DNA from: Hormiphora californensis
Lineage: Eukaryota; Animalia; Ctenophora
NCBI GenBank assembly: GCA_020137815.1
Contig: CM035352.1
Span: 310,001-374,000 of the forward strand
Direction of reading: 5' to 3'
DNA: 64,000 bases
The first letter of the stretch is position 1; the number at the start of each line of letters is the position of its first letter. The notes under the pieces were generated by a model. It was given only the letters and a program-made list of their open reading frames with translations. It did not search any database and was not told the origin of the DNA. The translations under genes and the position numbers were made by a program. Below are positions 15,211 to 43,106 of this stretch, piece by piece.

Positions 15211-15412
15211 AAATACATATATAAAACATAAAATACATTTATAAGGGGCGATGGTCACCTTAATCCATATAATAATTTCCGAAATGTTAGTCTGTCCCAA
15301 AATCTGTCCCAAAATTGTTTTTTTCAAACTCCTCCCACAGTTTTTGAGCTAAACTCCTGAAAAATTGTACAATGGTAATTTGGACCAAGGCGGATGTAAG
15401 TACGGGCTCAGA

Positions 15413-15560
15413 TTTTTTCCCTGCCCGGGTGAATGCCGAAGGCATTCACCCGGATGATCTTTTTAGCACGCACGTGCTAAAAAGATCATTCAGGGTTTAG
15501 AAATCAGCAGATTGTGTAGTTAACTAAAAGTGTCCGTCTGTCTGTCTGTCTGTACACCGT
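15413..15560 (+). mobile_element. 5' end of a HINE/DINE-1-like (Helentron-associated) element
   Basis: T-run, CCCTG...CAGGG sub-terminal inverted repeat enclosing two hairpins, then a (GTCT)n microsatellite. Related ends at ~40520, ~59013, ~21200 and (minus) 55755-55840. Confidence 0.55.
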
Positions 15561-17346
15561 TACACATAGTAACAAAGTCTGTTCCTTCAGAAATCTTTCA
15601 ACTCACACTCTGTTGATGCAACATAGGAAATGATTAACACGCATTGTGGCACACAATTAATCACTCGTATCACTTCCTACTTTCACTTGAAATCACTTTG
15701 GGTACCCTCAGCCGTACCATGACGTAGTAGCAAGTCTTCCAAGCATGAAACTACTATCACACAATAATTGCAAATGACTGGAGTTAAGATGAGCGAGGGT
15801 AAAGTAACTTTACTAAAGTTGAAGCGCTCGGTAACCAACCAGGGTCTCGTAAGCAACTGCCTTGGTTATCATAGTAACTACTTTGATTACCATAGCAACA
15901 ACCAACTAACATCGTATCAGCTCTTTGAGTGCAAAATTCATCAGGAAATCCGGTCTTGAAGCTTAGTCATCAATTTTACACCCATTTGTGGCAGGGAACC
16001 ACCGCACTATGAATACATAATGCAATAATTCTTGTTGATCCGATCCTTATCAACAGTGACGTCACGGGGTGACGTCATTGTGCAAAATAGACTAACATTT
16101 TTAAACGCTTCTAAGACCCTGAAGACGGCTCTAAATAAAAAAATAACTTCACAATGGTGAAAGAGAATCGTTTGAACTTCATTTTACTATATCGCGATTT
16201 CCCGTAACTCAATGTTCAAGGGTCCTGAATCGCGTCGGAAAAGTTAAGACTAAAAAATACGACATTTTTCACCGTTGCCACCCCAAATCTTCAAATTCAT
16301 ATCCAATCTTAAGTTCAAGTTCAATTATATTTTTACAAAATACATATGCGTGATGAAATTCCCACCACGTGGGTCCTCCTTGTCAAATTGTTTATTTACA
16401 GTCCCTTACTTAAAGGTTGACGAGATACCCAAAACTTTTCGTATATCGTCCCATTCCGACCCATCATCAATCCCCAGCACCCCTTCAGAACCCTTTGTCA
16501 GCTAGAAATATGTGCAAAATAGGGGGTCCAATCGATATGAAACTTGGTCAGTATGTGCATCTTGGTGTTCCTTGGCCAGGGGTTCCCTGGAAGCCGATTG
16601 ACAAGATGGGAGTTCATGAGGGGGTAAGAGCACCGGGAGGTAATGAGTAAATACACACACACATACACATATTGAGCAAGCTCAATTTAGCTATTGAATT
16701 GTGAGCAGTAGCGATCCCACTATATCTTGCCAGTACCTCAGCCCTATACCAAGCTAAATTTTTCGTTTTTTTTTTCGAAAATTCACTAACCCCAACACCG
16801 ATTGGCATCACTTTCCAACAGCCGAAGAGAAGCTGCCGAAGAGAGAAAGGGGGTAACCGTATGAAGAGTTAATCGCGATGAGCCTCATTCACATTGGATT
16901 CGATCATTTGCCCCCGGTGTCGATTTTTTTGGGAAACAAAACGCGAACAAGGAAATTTTCGTTGAATTTTAAAATTTCGGTTTATGCTCGCGCGCAAGCA
17001 ATGTTAAGTTTTAGATTTCGCGCGTCACGTTTTGCGGCGCAGCATAGATAAGAAAATTACCGCACGGCGCGGGCGAAATTTCTTGGAAGGGATCCCTAAA
17101 AAAGTTCAGTAAAGTCGGATTTTTTGAAACTGTCACCCCCCTGAAATAACAAAATTTGCCATATCTCCGGTTCCTGATAAGATAGAGACTTGAAATTTGG
17201 AAGTTCGGAAGAACTTAGCAAGATCTTCGTAACCTCAAAATTTCAAGTCTCTATCTCGTCAGGAACCGGATTTATGGTCATTTACGACATTTGAAAATAC
17301 CCAGGGGGGTGACAGTTTCAAAAAATCCGACTTTATTTAAAGGGCG

Positions 17347-17484
17347 CCCTCGGAAATGTTCAAGTCATGCACAATCAAGTCGCGCCCACCAATCACAGCT
17401 CAGAACGCGTGGAGTGCTTCGCGCGTTCTGCGCTGTGATTGGTGGGCGTGACTTGATTGTGCATGGCTTGAACATTTCCGAGGG
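17347..17484. repeat. ~138-bp hairpin MITE
   Basis: ccctcggaaatgttcaagtcatgcacaatcaagtc... mirrored by ...gacttgattgtgcatggcttgaacatttccgaggg. Confidence 0.75.
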
Positions 17485-17759
17485 ACTACTCCAGAGTAGG
17501 GCAAAAAGAAAGTTTGATTTTCAAGTGTTGTTTACTTTTTAGGAGGCCTTGATAGTTGATGAATTTAAGAACATGGCTAAAGTCGCAAAGCTTCCTGTAA
17601 GTATAACAGTGTAGGGGAGGGGCCGGTGTAACTTCCTGTAAGTAATTTATATCAGTGGAGGGGAGGGGCCGGGGAGGGGGGGGGGCCGGGGTGGAGGATA
17701 TTTTTTGCTGTCGCATACGTTAGTAGTCCAATTTACGACTAACGTTCGTTCCCTTTCAG

Positions 17760-31446
<13,687 letters not shown>

Positions 31447-31923
31447 TGGTAAAGGTGGACTTAGTTGAGCTCCAAAAGTTTGGGGTTTATAAATGCATGA
31501 TTTTTCAGCGATGACGAATAAGTTAGATTTAGAGAACACTGAAATTTTTTCAGGCCTTTAAAGTTGTGATTTTGAATTTATAATCGTATGTATTGATAGT
31601 TTGTAGTTTCTTATTTTCATTTATAGTACCATATTTGTGTCTAGCAACACGAGCCTAATCTGGTTCTCAGAGCAAGTCTCCACCCATTGGAGCACCCTGG
31701 TTAAACAGCCACTGCCGGTACTGTGGCCAAAGTGTGATCATAGCGTTACCATTCATGACTGCAGTGTAACCATAGTATAACCATATAAAAAAGCAAAGCA
31801 AGGCGACCCGGATAAATCCAATTGCCGGGGTGCTGATAACCCTTTCTATTGAGTTTCAGCCTTGCCAAGCTAGACTGCCTGCTACCCTGAAAATCGCCAA
31901 TGAGGCATGAAATTTTTGCGGCA

Positions 31924-31956
<33 letters not shown>

Positions 31957-31992
31957 TCGGTTCCAAAACAGTCATAGTACCGGCGGTAGTAT

Positions 31993-33535
31993 ACGGATTG
32001 TTGGTCATGGTTAGCGAGGTGGTGTGTCAAAACGGTGATAGTTGTGAGAATAAAAATTATGGGAGCACTCTGGATCAATTCCTTGGTAACTTTTTCCATA
32101 ATTTTTTGTCAAAAATTCGAAAATTCATTTTTCATTCCTTCATTCATTTCTCGTTCATTCATGATGTGAGCATCCTAATTTTCCATCATTAAGCTATTTT
32201 TCTTTGGCTTGAATTTATCTTTCCAATGAGCACCATAAAAATGAAATTGAAGCACCAGGTCACACAGCAGTTGAGGAAATGTTCATGCATGATTTTGGCT
32301 CTTTTTGCGACTTTCAATGAGCTATATCACGGCGACCTTCCGTTCAATCTTCTTAAAAATTTGGGAAAACATTGGATAAGCAAAGATCTTTGCTCACAAG
32401 AAAAATCAAGGTCAAAGGTCAAAGTTCATTTTTCATTTTTGTTAGTTCATTCCGTTCATTCAGGAACCAACATCCCTAAAGTGATGAAAATGTTTGGGTT
32501 TTGTTTGGCACATGTCCTGCAATGACAGAGAGGTGTAATAGCGTGTTTCTGGGCTAGTTTGTGGGTATCCATGTGATCATGATGATATCTGACACCTTTT
32601 CTGAGCCATAATTGAGGGATTTTCTCAAATTCAAGCATGTAACTTGGTTTTTCTGCGATTAGTACCGTGCAACAATGTTATAAGATCTCATCAAACCTCA
32701 AAAATGATGATTAGCTCAATGAAATGAGTTGATTTACGATTGAAAAGATTAAAACCGATGTCAAATTGAACGAAACGAACAACGTCGATCATAAATCAAC
32801 TAATTTCATTGAGCTAATCATCATTTTTGAGGTTTGATGAGATCTCATAACATTGTTGCACGGTACTAATCGCAGAAAAACCAAGTTACATGCTTGCATT
32901 TGAGAAAATCCCTCAATTATGGTTCAGAAAAGGTGCCAGATATCATCATGATCACATGGATACCCACAAACTAGCCCGGAAACACGCTATTACACCTCTC
33001 TGTCATTGCAGGATATGGGCCAAACAAAACCCAAACATTTTCATCACTTTAGGGATGTTGGTTCCTGAATGAACGGAATGAACTAACAAAAATGAAAAAT
33101 GAACTTTGACCTTTGACCTTGATTTTTCTTGTGAGCAAAGATCTTTGCTTATCCAATGTTTTCCCAAATTTTTAAGAAGATTGAACGGAAGGTCGCCGTG
33201 ATATAGCTCATTGAAAGTCGCAAAAAGAGCCAAAATCATGCATGAACATTTCCTCAACTGCTGTGTGACCTGGTGCTTCAATTTCATTTTTATGGTGCTC
33301 ATTGGAAAGATAAATTCAAGCCAAAGAAAAATAGCTTAATGATGGAAAATTAGGATGCTCACATCATGAATGAACGAGAAATGAATGAAGGAATGAAAAA
33401 TGAATTTTCGAATTTTTGACAAAAAATTATGGAAAAAGTTACCAAGGAATTGATCCAGAGTGCTCCCATAATTTTTATTCTCACAACTATCACCGTTTTG
33501 ACACACCACCTCGCTAACCATGACCAACAATCCGT
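31993..33535. mobile_element. Foldback element: ~745-bp near-identical inverted arms around a ~45-bp spacer
   Basis: acggattgttggtcatggttagcgagg... at 31993 mirrored to 33535; mirrored ORF pair 32226(+)/33003(-) almost identical; no TSD seen. Confidence 0.85.
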
Positions 33536-34047
33536 GGCCCACCTTGTAGTATGACGTACATATTATATATAACGTCTATCTGGGGCAAAAATATGTCCCA
33601 CTAGACGAGCATGGTTCCAGATATCGTAGAGTCCTAAAATTGGACACAGTTACTCTATGGGACAAACCAATATAAAGGTTCCACAAAATTTCAGACTTTT
33701 AGCTCAAAATTCATTTTTTACCGGAATGAACATTGTCATTCATCCCCAAAAAACATGATTTGTTGGTCCAGAAATCAAACAATTGTCTTTGGCTATAGAT
33801 TTTCTTTCAAATCACATAACATGATCACATAACATGACTGTCAGAAACATGACCACTGAGCTGTGCCTTGTGGTTGTCCGCTTTTTATTTTCTTGGTCGT
33901 ATTTGAAAGAAAATCGATAGACAAAGAAAATTGTTTGACTTCTGGACCGAAAAATCATGTTTTTCGAATGAATGAAAATGTTCGTTCCAATCAAAAAATA
34001 AAGCTTCGAGATAAGAGTCTGAAATTTTGTGGAACCTACCTATTTGT

Positions 34048-36467
34048 GGAAGTAATTTTGATATCTCCTTCTGGTGATCAACACACACACACGCCCTCCG
34101 TACAACGGTTATATAGGGGAATCTCACACACACACGGGCAGATCTCGGTCAAGGAGAGATTAATTGATTATTCAGAATAAAGAGATCTGAGCAAGAATTA
34201 AATAGGGAAGAAAATCGAAAAATACTGGGTTCGACCGGGAATTGAACCAGGGACCTCCAGAGAGACGCGCTCGATGCTCTACCACTGAGCTACCGAACCC
34301 CTGTACAGATCGCATTTCTTCACACTATATTCAAGCACATGCCCTTAGCTAGACACCATGTGATAGAGGAAGTAATTTTGATATCTCCTTCTGGTGATCA
34401 ACACACACACACGCCCTCCGTACAACGGTTATATAGGGGAATCTCACACACACACGGGCAGATCTCGGTCAAGGAGAGATTAATTGATTATTCAGAATAA
34501 AGAGATCTGAGCAAGAATTAAATAGGGAAGAAAATCGAAAAATACTGGGTTCGACCGGGAATTGAACCAGGGACCTCCAGAGAGACGCGCTCGATGCTCT
34601 ACCACTGAGCTACCGAACCCCTGTACAGATCGCATTTCTTCACACTATATTCAAGCACATGCCCTTAGCTAGACACCATGTGATAGAGGAAGTAATTTTG
34701 ATATCTCCTTCTGGTGATCAACACACACACACGCCCTCCGTACAACGGTTATATAGGGGAATCTCACACACACACGGGCAGATCTCGGTCAAGGAGAGAT
34801 TAATTGATTATTCAGAATAAAGAGATCTGAGCAAGAATTAAATAGGGAAGAAAATCGAAAAATACTGGGTTCGACCGGGAATTGAACCAGGGACCTCCAG
34901 AGAGACGCGCTCGATGCTCTACCACTGAGCTACCGAACCCCTGTACAGATCGCATTTCTTCACACTATATTCAAGCACATGCCCTTAGCTAGACACCATG
35001 TGATAGAGGAAGTAATTTTGATATCTCCTTCTGGTGATCAACACACACACACGCCCTCCGTACAACGGTTATATAGGGGAATCTCACACACACACGGGCA
35101 GATCTCGGTCAAGGAGAGATTAATTGATTATTCAGAATAAAGAGATCTGAGCAAGAATTAAATAGGGAAGAAAATCGAAAAATACTGGGTTCGACCGGGA
35201 ATTGAACCAGGGACCTCCAGAGAGACGCGCTCGATGCTCTACCACTGAGCTACCGAACCCCTGTACAGATCGCATTTCTTCACACTATATTCAAGCACAT
35301 GCCCTTAGCTAGACACCATGTGATAGAGGAAGTAATTTTGATATCTCCTTCTGGTGATCAACACACACACACGCCCTCCGTACAACGGTTATATAGGGGA
35401 ATCTCACACACACACGGGCAGATCTCGGTCAAGGAGAGATTAATTGATTATTCAGAATAAAGAGATCTGAGCAAGAATTAAATAGGGAAGAAAATCGAAA
35501 AATACTGGGTTCGACCGGGAATTGAACCAGGGACCTCCAGAGAGACGCGCTCGATGCTCTACCACTGAGCTACCGAACCCCTGTACAGATCGCATTTCTT
35601 CACACTATATTCAAGCACATGCCCTTAGCTAGACACCATGTGATAGAGGAAGTAATTTTGATATCTCCTTCTGGTGATCAACACACACACACGCCCTCCG
35701 TACAACGGTTATATAGGGGAATCTCACACACACACACGGGCAGATCTCGGTCAAGGAGAGATTAATTGATTATTCAGAATAAAGAGATCTGAGCAAGAAT
35801 TAAATAGGGAAGAAAATCGAAAAATACTGGGTTCGACCGGGAATTGAACCAGGGACCTCCAGAGAGACGCGCTCGATGCTCTACCACTGAGCTACCGAAC
35901 CCCTGTACAGATCGCATTTCTTCACACTATATTCAAGCACATGCCCTTAGCTAGACACCATGTGATAGAGGAAGTAATTTTGATATCTCCTTCTGGTGAT
36001 CAACACACACACACGCCCTCCGTACAACGGTTATATAGGGGAATCTCACACACACACGGGCAGATCTCGGTCAAGGAGAGATTAATTGATTATTCAGAAT
36101 AAAGAGATCTGAGCAAGAATTAAATAGGGAAGAAAATCGAAAAATACTGGGTTCGACCGGGAATTGAACCAGGGACCTCCAGAGAGACGCGCTCGATGCT
36201 CTACCACTGAGCTACCGAACCCCTGTACAGATCGCATTTCTTCACACTATATTCAAGCACATGCCCTTAGCTAGACACCATGTGATAGAGGAAGTAATTT
36301 TGATATCTCCTTCTGGTGATCAACACACACACACGCCCTCCGTACAACGGTTATATAGGGGAATCTCACACACACACGGGCAGATCTCGGTCAAGGAGAG
36401 ATTAATTGATTATTCAGAATAAAGAGATCTGAGCAAGAATTAAATAGGGAAGAAAATCGAAAAATAC
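34048..36467 (-). mobile_element. Tandem array (7 full plus one partial unit) of a 320-bp tRNA-containing TRIM-like (Helenus-like) unit
   Basis: Period 320 bp with a single +2 CA slip near 35730. Minus-strand unit = LTR TGTGAAG...CTATCACA (e.g. 34359-34644, 286 bp) plus 34-bp internal TGGTGTCTAGCTAAGGGCATGTGCTTGAATATAG. Flanking direct repeat (TAC)CTATTTGT at 34037-34047 and 36465-36475. Confidence 0.75.
34227..34300 (-). ncRNA. tRNA-like Pol III cassette (Cys/Phe-like body, non-canonical anticodon arm); 7 copies starting at 34227, 34547, 34867, 35187, 35507, 35829, 36149
   Basis: GGGTTCGG TA GCTC AGTGGTA GAGC A TCGAGCGCGTCTCTCTGG AGGTC CCTGG TTCAATT CCCGG TCGAACCC then AGTATTTTT; acceptor, D and T arms pair, anticodon arm is irregular. 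Confidence 0.7.
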
Positions 36468-36518
36468 CTATTTGTTTTTTAGATATCATGAATGAGATCT
36501 GTTCAGAATTAAATTTAA

Positions 36519-36987
36519 AGTGAGAGTGGACCGAATCAGAATCAGACAAGTTTGTTGTAGGTAGTAGAGATTAGCTTTCTGAGCATTTTGCGTTTTTGCC
36601 GCTCAAAATCGACCAACCCATCACTGAGATATTTTTGTTATGTTGGGAGAACTCCTGTTTAATCAGTATGTATAAAACAGAAAAGAAACAATTGTGGTGT
36701 TTTACTAACACATTCTGAATATGAGCATTGAGGTTGACATGTCCATGCACAGAAGCAGGGCAATGCAAGCCAGCATATTCAAAATTTAAAGAATGTGTTA
36801 GTAAAACACAAGGATTGTTTCTATCCTGTTTGATAAATATTGATCCAGCAGGAATTCTCCCAACATAACAAAGATATCTCAGTGATGGGTGGGTCGATTT
36901 TGAGCGGCAAAAACGCAAAATGCTCAGAAAGCTAATCTCTACTACCTACAACAATTTTATCCAATTCTGATTCGGTTCACTCTCACT
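36519..36987. mobile_element. Kolobok-like MITE (TTAA TSD, AG...CT termini)
   Basis: TTAA|AGTGAGAGTG...CACTCTCACT|TTAA with ~120-bp TIRs; related left end at ~63398. Confidence 0.7.
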
Positions 36988-37225
36988 TTAATCCTGAACA
37001 GATCTCATTAATGATATCTAATTAACCAAACCATTCTTCCACAACCGTGATCTGCCTGTCTGTGTATTTCCCCTCCAACTGTTGTTCCTATTTGTTTGTC
37101 CCATATAGTAACCAACCGTGTCAAAACTCAAATTTTTGGGCTCTACGATATCTGGAACCACGCTAGTATATATATATTCATCATATTATGATTTGTTTTT
37201 AAGTAATTTCTTTTTAGCCTGGTTT

Positions 37226-37763
37226 ATGGTTGCTACTGAAACAGAACATCAGATTGTCTACGCCTCTTCCATAACATCCTGTTTCCCTGGTCTGGAATTA
37301 CTAAAAGATAGACATATCTTCTGTACAACAGGTCCTATACCAACACGATTTTAAATCATCATACAAAACTGTCAATTCTTTCTTTTTAGGTCTGTTTCCC
37401 CAATACCAACACGATTTTAAATCATCCTTAACATATAAAACTGTTAATTCTTTCTTTTTAGGTCTGTTTCCCCAAGAACTGATAATAAAGTTCCCTAATG
37501 TCGTTAATCTTATCTCAATGGGTTTGATATCCTCCTATATTGGCACCTTATCCCTCTACCGGACTGTCAAGGACGCTCCCCACTCCTGGCAACACTTTTC
37601 CACATACGAACTTCTCAACGACGACACTTTGCAGAATCATGTTCTGGAAATGCAAGCAGTTACAGCAACTTACTTGAGAGTAGTTATAGAGTCTGGGTTT
37701 AGTAACTTTGTATGTGTATATAGACTGGAAATCAACTCAAAGGACGTTTCCTCTACACTATGA
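37226..37763 (+). CDS. IFT25: Intraflagellar transport protein 25 (HSPB11) homologue
   Basis: Exons 37226-37331 and 37462-37763 give ...IVYASS...FCTTGLFPQELIIKF...LQNH...ATYLRVVIESGFSNFVCVYRLEI, matching the IFT25 signatures TTGxFPQE and ATYLRF recalled from the human protein. Confidence 0.85.
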
Positions 37764-37810
37764 AACGGTGGACTAACCTGGTGTTGTCACTTGTCAGTGT
37801 ACAAAGCGAA

Positions 37811-37918
<108 letters not shown>

Positions 37919-38969
37919 TGGGGAGGGGAAGAGGTCGATGTAGCTTATTAGCGGCGAAACTGCTCACAATGTGAACTGATACGGTTACAGTACTATATAC
38001 TGTAATAACTCCCTATTACAATACTGTTATTATAGCTACTGTAATAGGTAGTTATTACAGTTCTGTATTAGCGTGTCGAGATTCTTCCGACCGTAAGGCC
38101 ATTGCCTAAATACTAAACAGGAGTAAGCAGGAATGGAATACAGTCGGACCCCGATTTACGGCAGGATAATCTTCCCCGATATATAGGAATTTAACAGTAT
38201 TTGGCCCCGATTTAGCGGACACCCCAATTATCGGACAAAACGGGGCCGGGGGACATCTATCTGTATGACACCCTAGACAGTTAGGGTGGAAGGGTATCTC
38301 ATGGGTCTGAACTCTGACACTTAGATAAGTGTCGAAAATTGACCAATTAGGGTCCAGTTAAGGCCTAAATTTGGTAAAATTCAAAATTCAAACTTATGAG
38401 TTTATATATCATTAGTGTGAATGAAAACTCTAAATATGACCAATATGACTTATTTTACTTTCTTTTCAAAATATATATGTCTCTTTCGCAGTTTCTGACA
38501 AATATGGGGGTGGGTATCGATTCACCTGAATAGTTAGCAGTTATATGTGTAAAAATTTGGGGGTGGGGTGGTGTCCATAGAATCAATCGAAATTTTACAC
38601 TTATCGTCATGGGTGTCATACAGTTAAGTTAGATGTCCCCCCCAGGCAAAACCCTTTCCCCCGAGGGTGTGGATAAATCGGGATCCGACTGTGTATATTT
38701 TATTCTTGTTTCATTATTTTCTACGCTATTATTTATGTATATAAATATTAAATAATGATATATAACAGTTTTCTAGTTTCTACCATACATGTTTTCCCCT
38801 TTGTATGTTTTAGCGATCCATAGTTCAGAGGCCTCCAGGAGACTCACAGGTGATACAGGTGATACTGGTGATACACACCGATATCACACGTGTATCCTGC
38901 TATCGGGGCTGGGCACTGTTAGGAAAACCCGACCAATAACAAAAGCACTAATAAAATCACTAACAACTT

Positions 38970-39770
38970 TTGACTTACTGACTTAAGGCGGCTTCATTGT
39001 CCGAGCAGTCAGTTCGGTCCGCCACAGCACACGATCTTCCATAAGCTTCTTGATGTCGCCATCATCAGATAGGCCAGTATCCTCCCTTAGCTTTAGCTGG
39101 TTTATATAGATTTTCTTGGGCATACCCCGGCCTCTGGAGCCCCTATCTGGTTCCCAGAACAGCAGTCACGCATGTAGGGGGGTGTCACGTGATGCCCATA
39201 TATGGTAGGGGACGCAGCAGTTGGACTGGTGAGAGCTGTTGTTTCTCCAGGTTGTTTCTCCATAGTAGATGTGAGCGTCCAGGTTTCGGTGCAGTATAGT
39301 AAAATGGCCTCTACGGTAGTACGGAACAGGTTTACCTTAATGCTCCTTCTCAGGTCAGTTTTCCATATCCCTTTGAGCCTGTGACAAGCTGCCCAGGCCT
39401 TAACCTTCCTAATGTTAAAAATTAAAATCCTTCTCCGTCGATTTAAGGTGGGTCCCAAGGTAGACGAAATCATCCAACTGTTCTAGATTATTTCCTGCAG
39501 AGCTAACGAGGGAAGGATTCTCTATGCCAGTAGCCATAAACTTAGTCTTCCCTTCATTCAAGTGAAGACCTACTGCCGCTGCTGCCGTTTCCAGAATTTC
39601 CAAGAATTCCTGTGCCTGTTCGATCGTGTCCGAAAGGAGTGACAGGTCATCAGCGTAGTCGGTGTCAGTGATCTTCACTTCAGGATGACGTCTACTCTTC
39701 CTCTTCCTGAGGGTAAATCCAACGTCCCTACCAGCCAGAGCCTCTCTCATGACATAGTCAATAGCTATAA
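38970..39770 (-). pseudogene. Degenerate RTE-clade retrotransposon 3' fragment
   Basis: DYADDLSLL...GLHLNEGKTKFM...DFVYLG, then KVNLFRTTVEAILLYCTETWTLT across frameshifts; tail (TAAGTCAG)n at 38970-38986, also present at ~62578-62595. Confidence 0.85.
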
Positions 39771-39865
39771 CACAAAACCACCAACAAAACCACAAAAGCT
39801 GATCTCTTGAATGCTGTGGCGAGCTTCCTGTGGGCTGTGAGCCTCTTGTATTGGAGGCCTTTGAA

Positions 39866-40084
39866 CAAAAAGTCAAGTAGTCAAAGTCTGAGGTCTCTCC
39901 CAATCACTGGGTAAGCCTGCGGTGCTTGTCTCCTATTCTAAGCCCTAAGCCACTGCGTACCGAGGTGCTAAACCTACAATAAGGGGGCCAGCCCTACGTC
40001 TTGCATTAGATCCCGAACCGAGATTCGAACCAGGGACCTTCTGCATGAGAAGCGAGTGTGTTACCACTACACTACCCAGCCGAC
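39866..40084 (-). mobile_element. tRNA-derived SINE
   Basis: Head gtcggctgggTAGTGTAGTGGtaacacactcgcttctcatgcagaaggtccctGGTTCGAATCtcgg (40010-40084), ~140-bp body, repeat-like tail actttgactacttgactttt. Confidence 0.65.
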
Positions 40085-40120
40085 TTTTAGATTTAACCAC
40101 CGTGTTTTCCCACTGTCTAG

Positions 40121-42788
<2,668 letters not shown>

Positions 42789-43106
42789 ATTTGCTAAACT
42801 CTCACGTATTTTTGGACAATTCAAACGAGGAAACAACTTATTGATACTTTTCGTCGTCTTATTTATATTAGTTTCCATTCCCTTTGGCAACAAAATTACC
42901 CCTTGTAGAGGGGTAACCTAACCGCTTACCCGTTTTTAAGCAAATTCCTTAAAAATTATCGCTGACACGTCCAATTGACATGCTCTGTCAGTTCTTAATC
43001 TTACACCGGGCTAAATGAAAATCGGGGGGGGGGTAGCTTGCCAGCGAAGCTGCCCTGTACGGGGGCGGAGCGACTGCGTCGGTTTAGCGGGGGATTTAGC
43101 GGTTTA

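Larger units (their letters stand above)
33604..37148. mobile_element. Old Tc1/mariner-like MITE hosting the 320-bp array and a Kolobok-like insert
   Basis: gcatggttccagatatcgtagag...ctatgggacaaac at ~33609-33668 mirrored at ~37094-37145. Confidence 0.5.

Noticed and set aside
32226-33302. Pair of near-identical 99-aa ORFs on opposite strands (likewise 3750/4666 and 44263/45295)
   Set aside because: Mirror images from inverted repeats of non-coding elements; no protein motifs.
34048-36467. CRISPR array or cluster of functional tRNA genes
   Set aside because: Units are entirely identical (no variable spacers) and the context is eukaryotic; the anticodon arm is one base too long, poorly paired and lacks U33.
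38789-38850. Candidate first exon of TMEM98 (MFSPLYVLAIHSSEASRRLT, phase-compatible)
   Set aside because: No convincing transmembrane helix or similarity; left unassigned.
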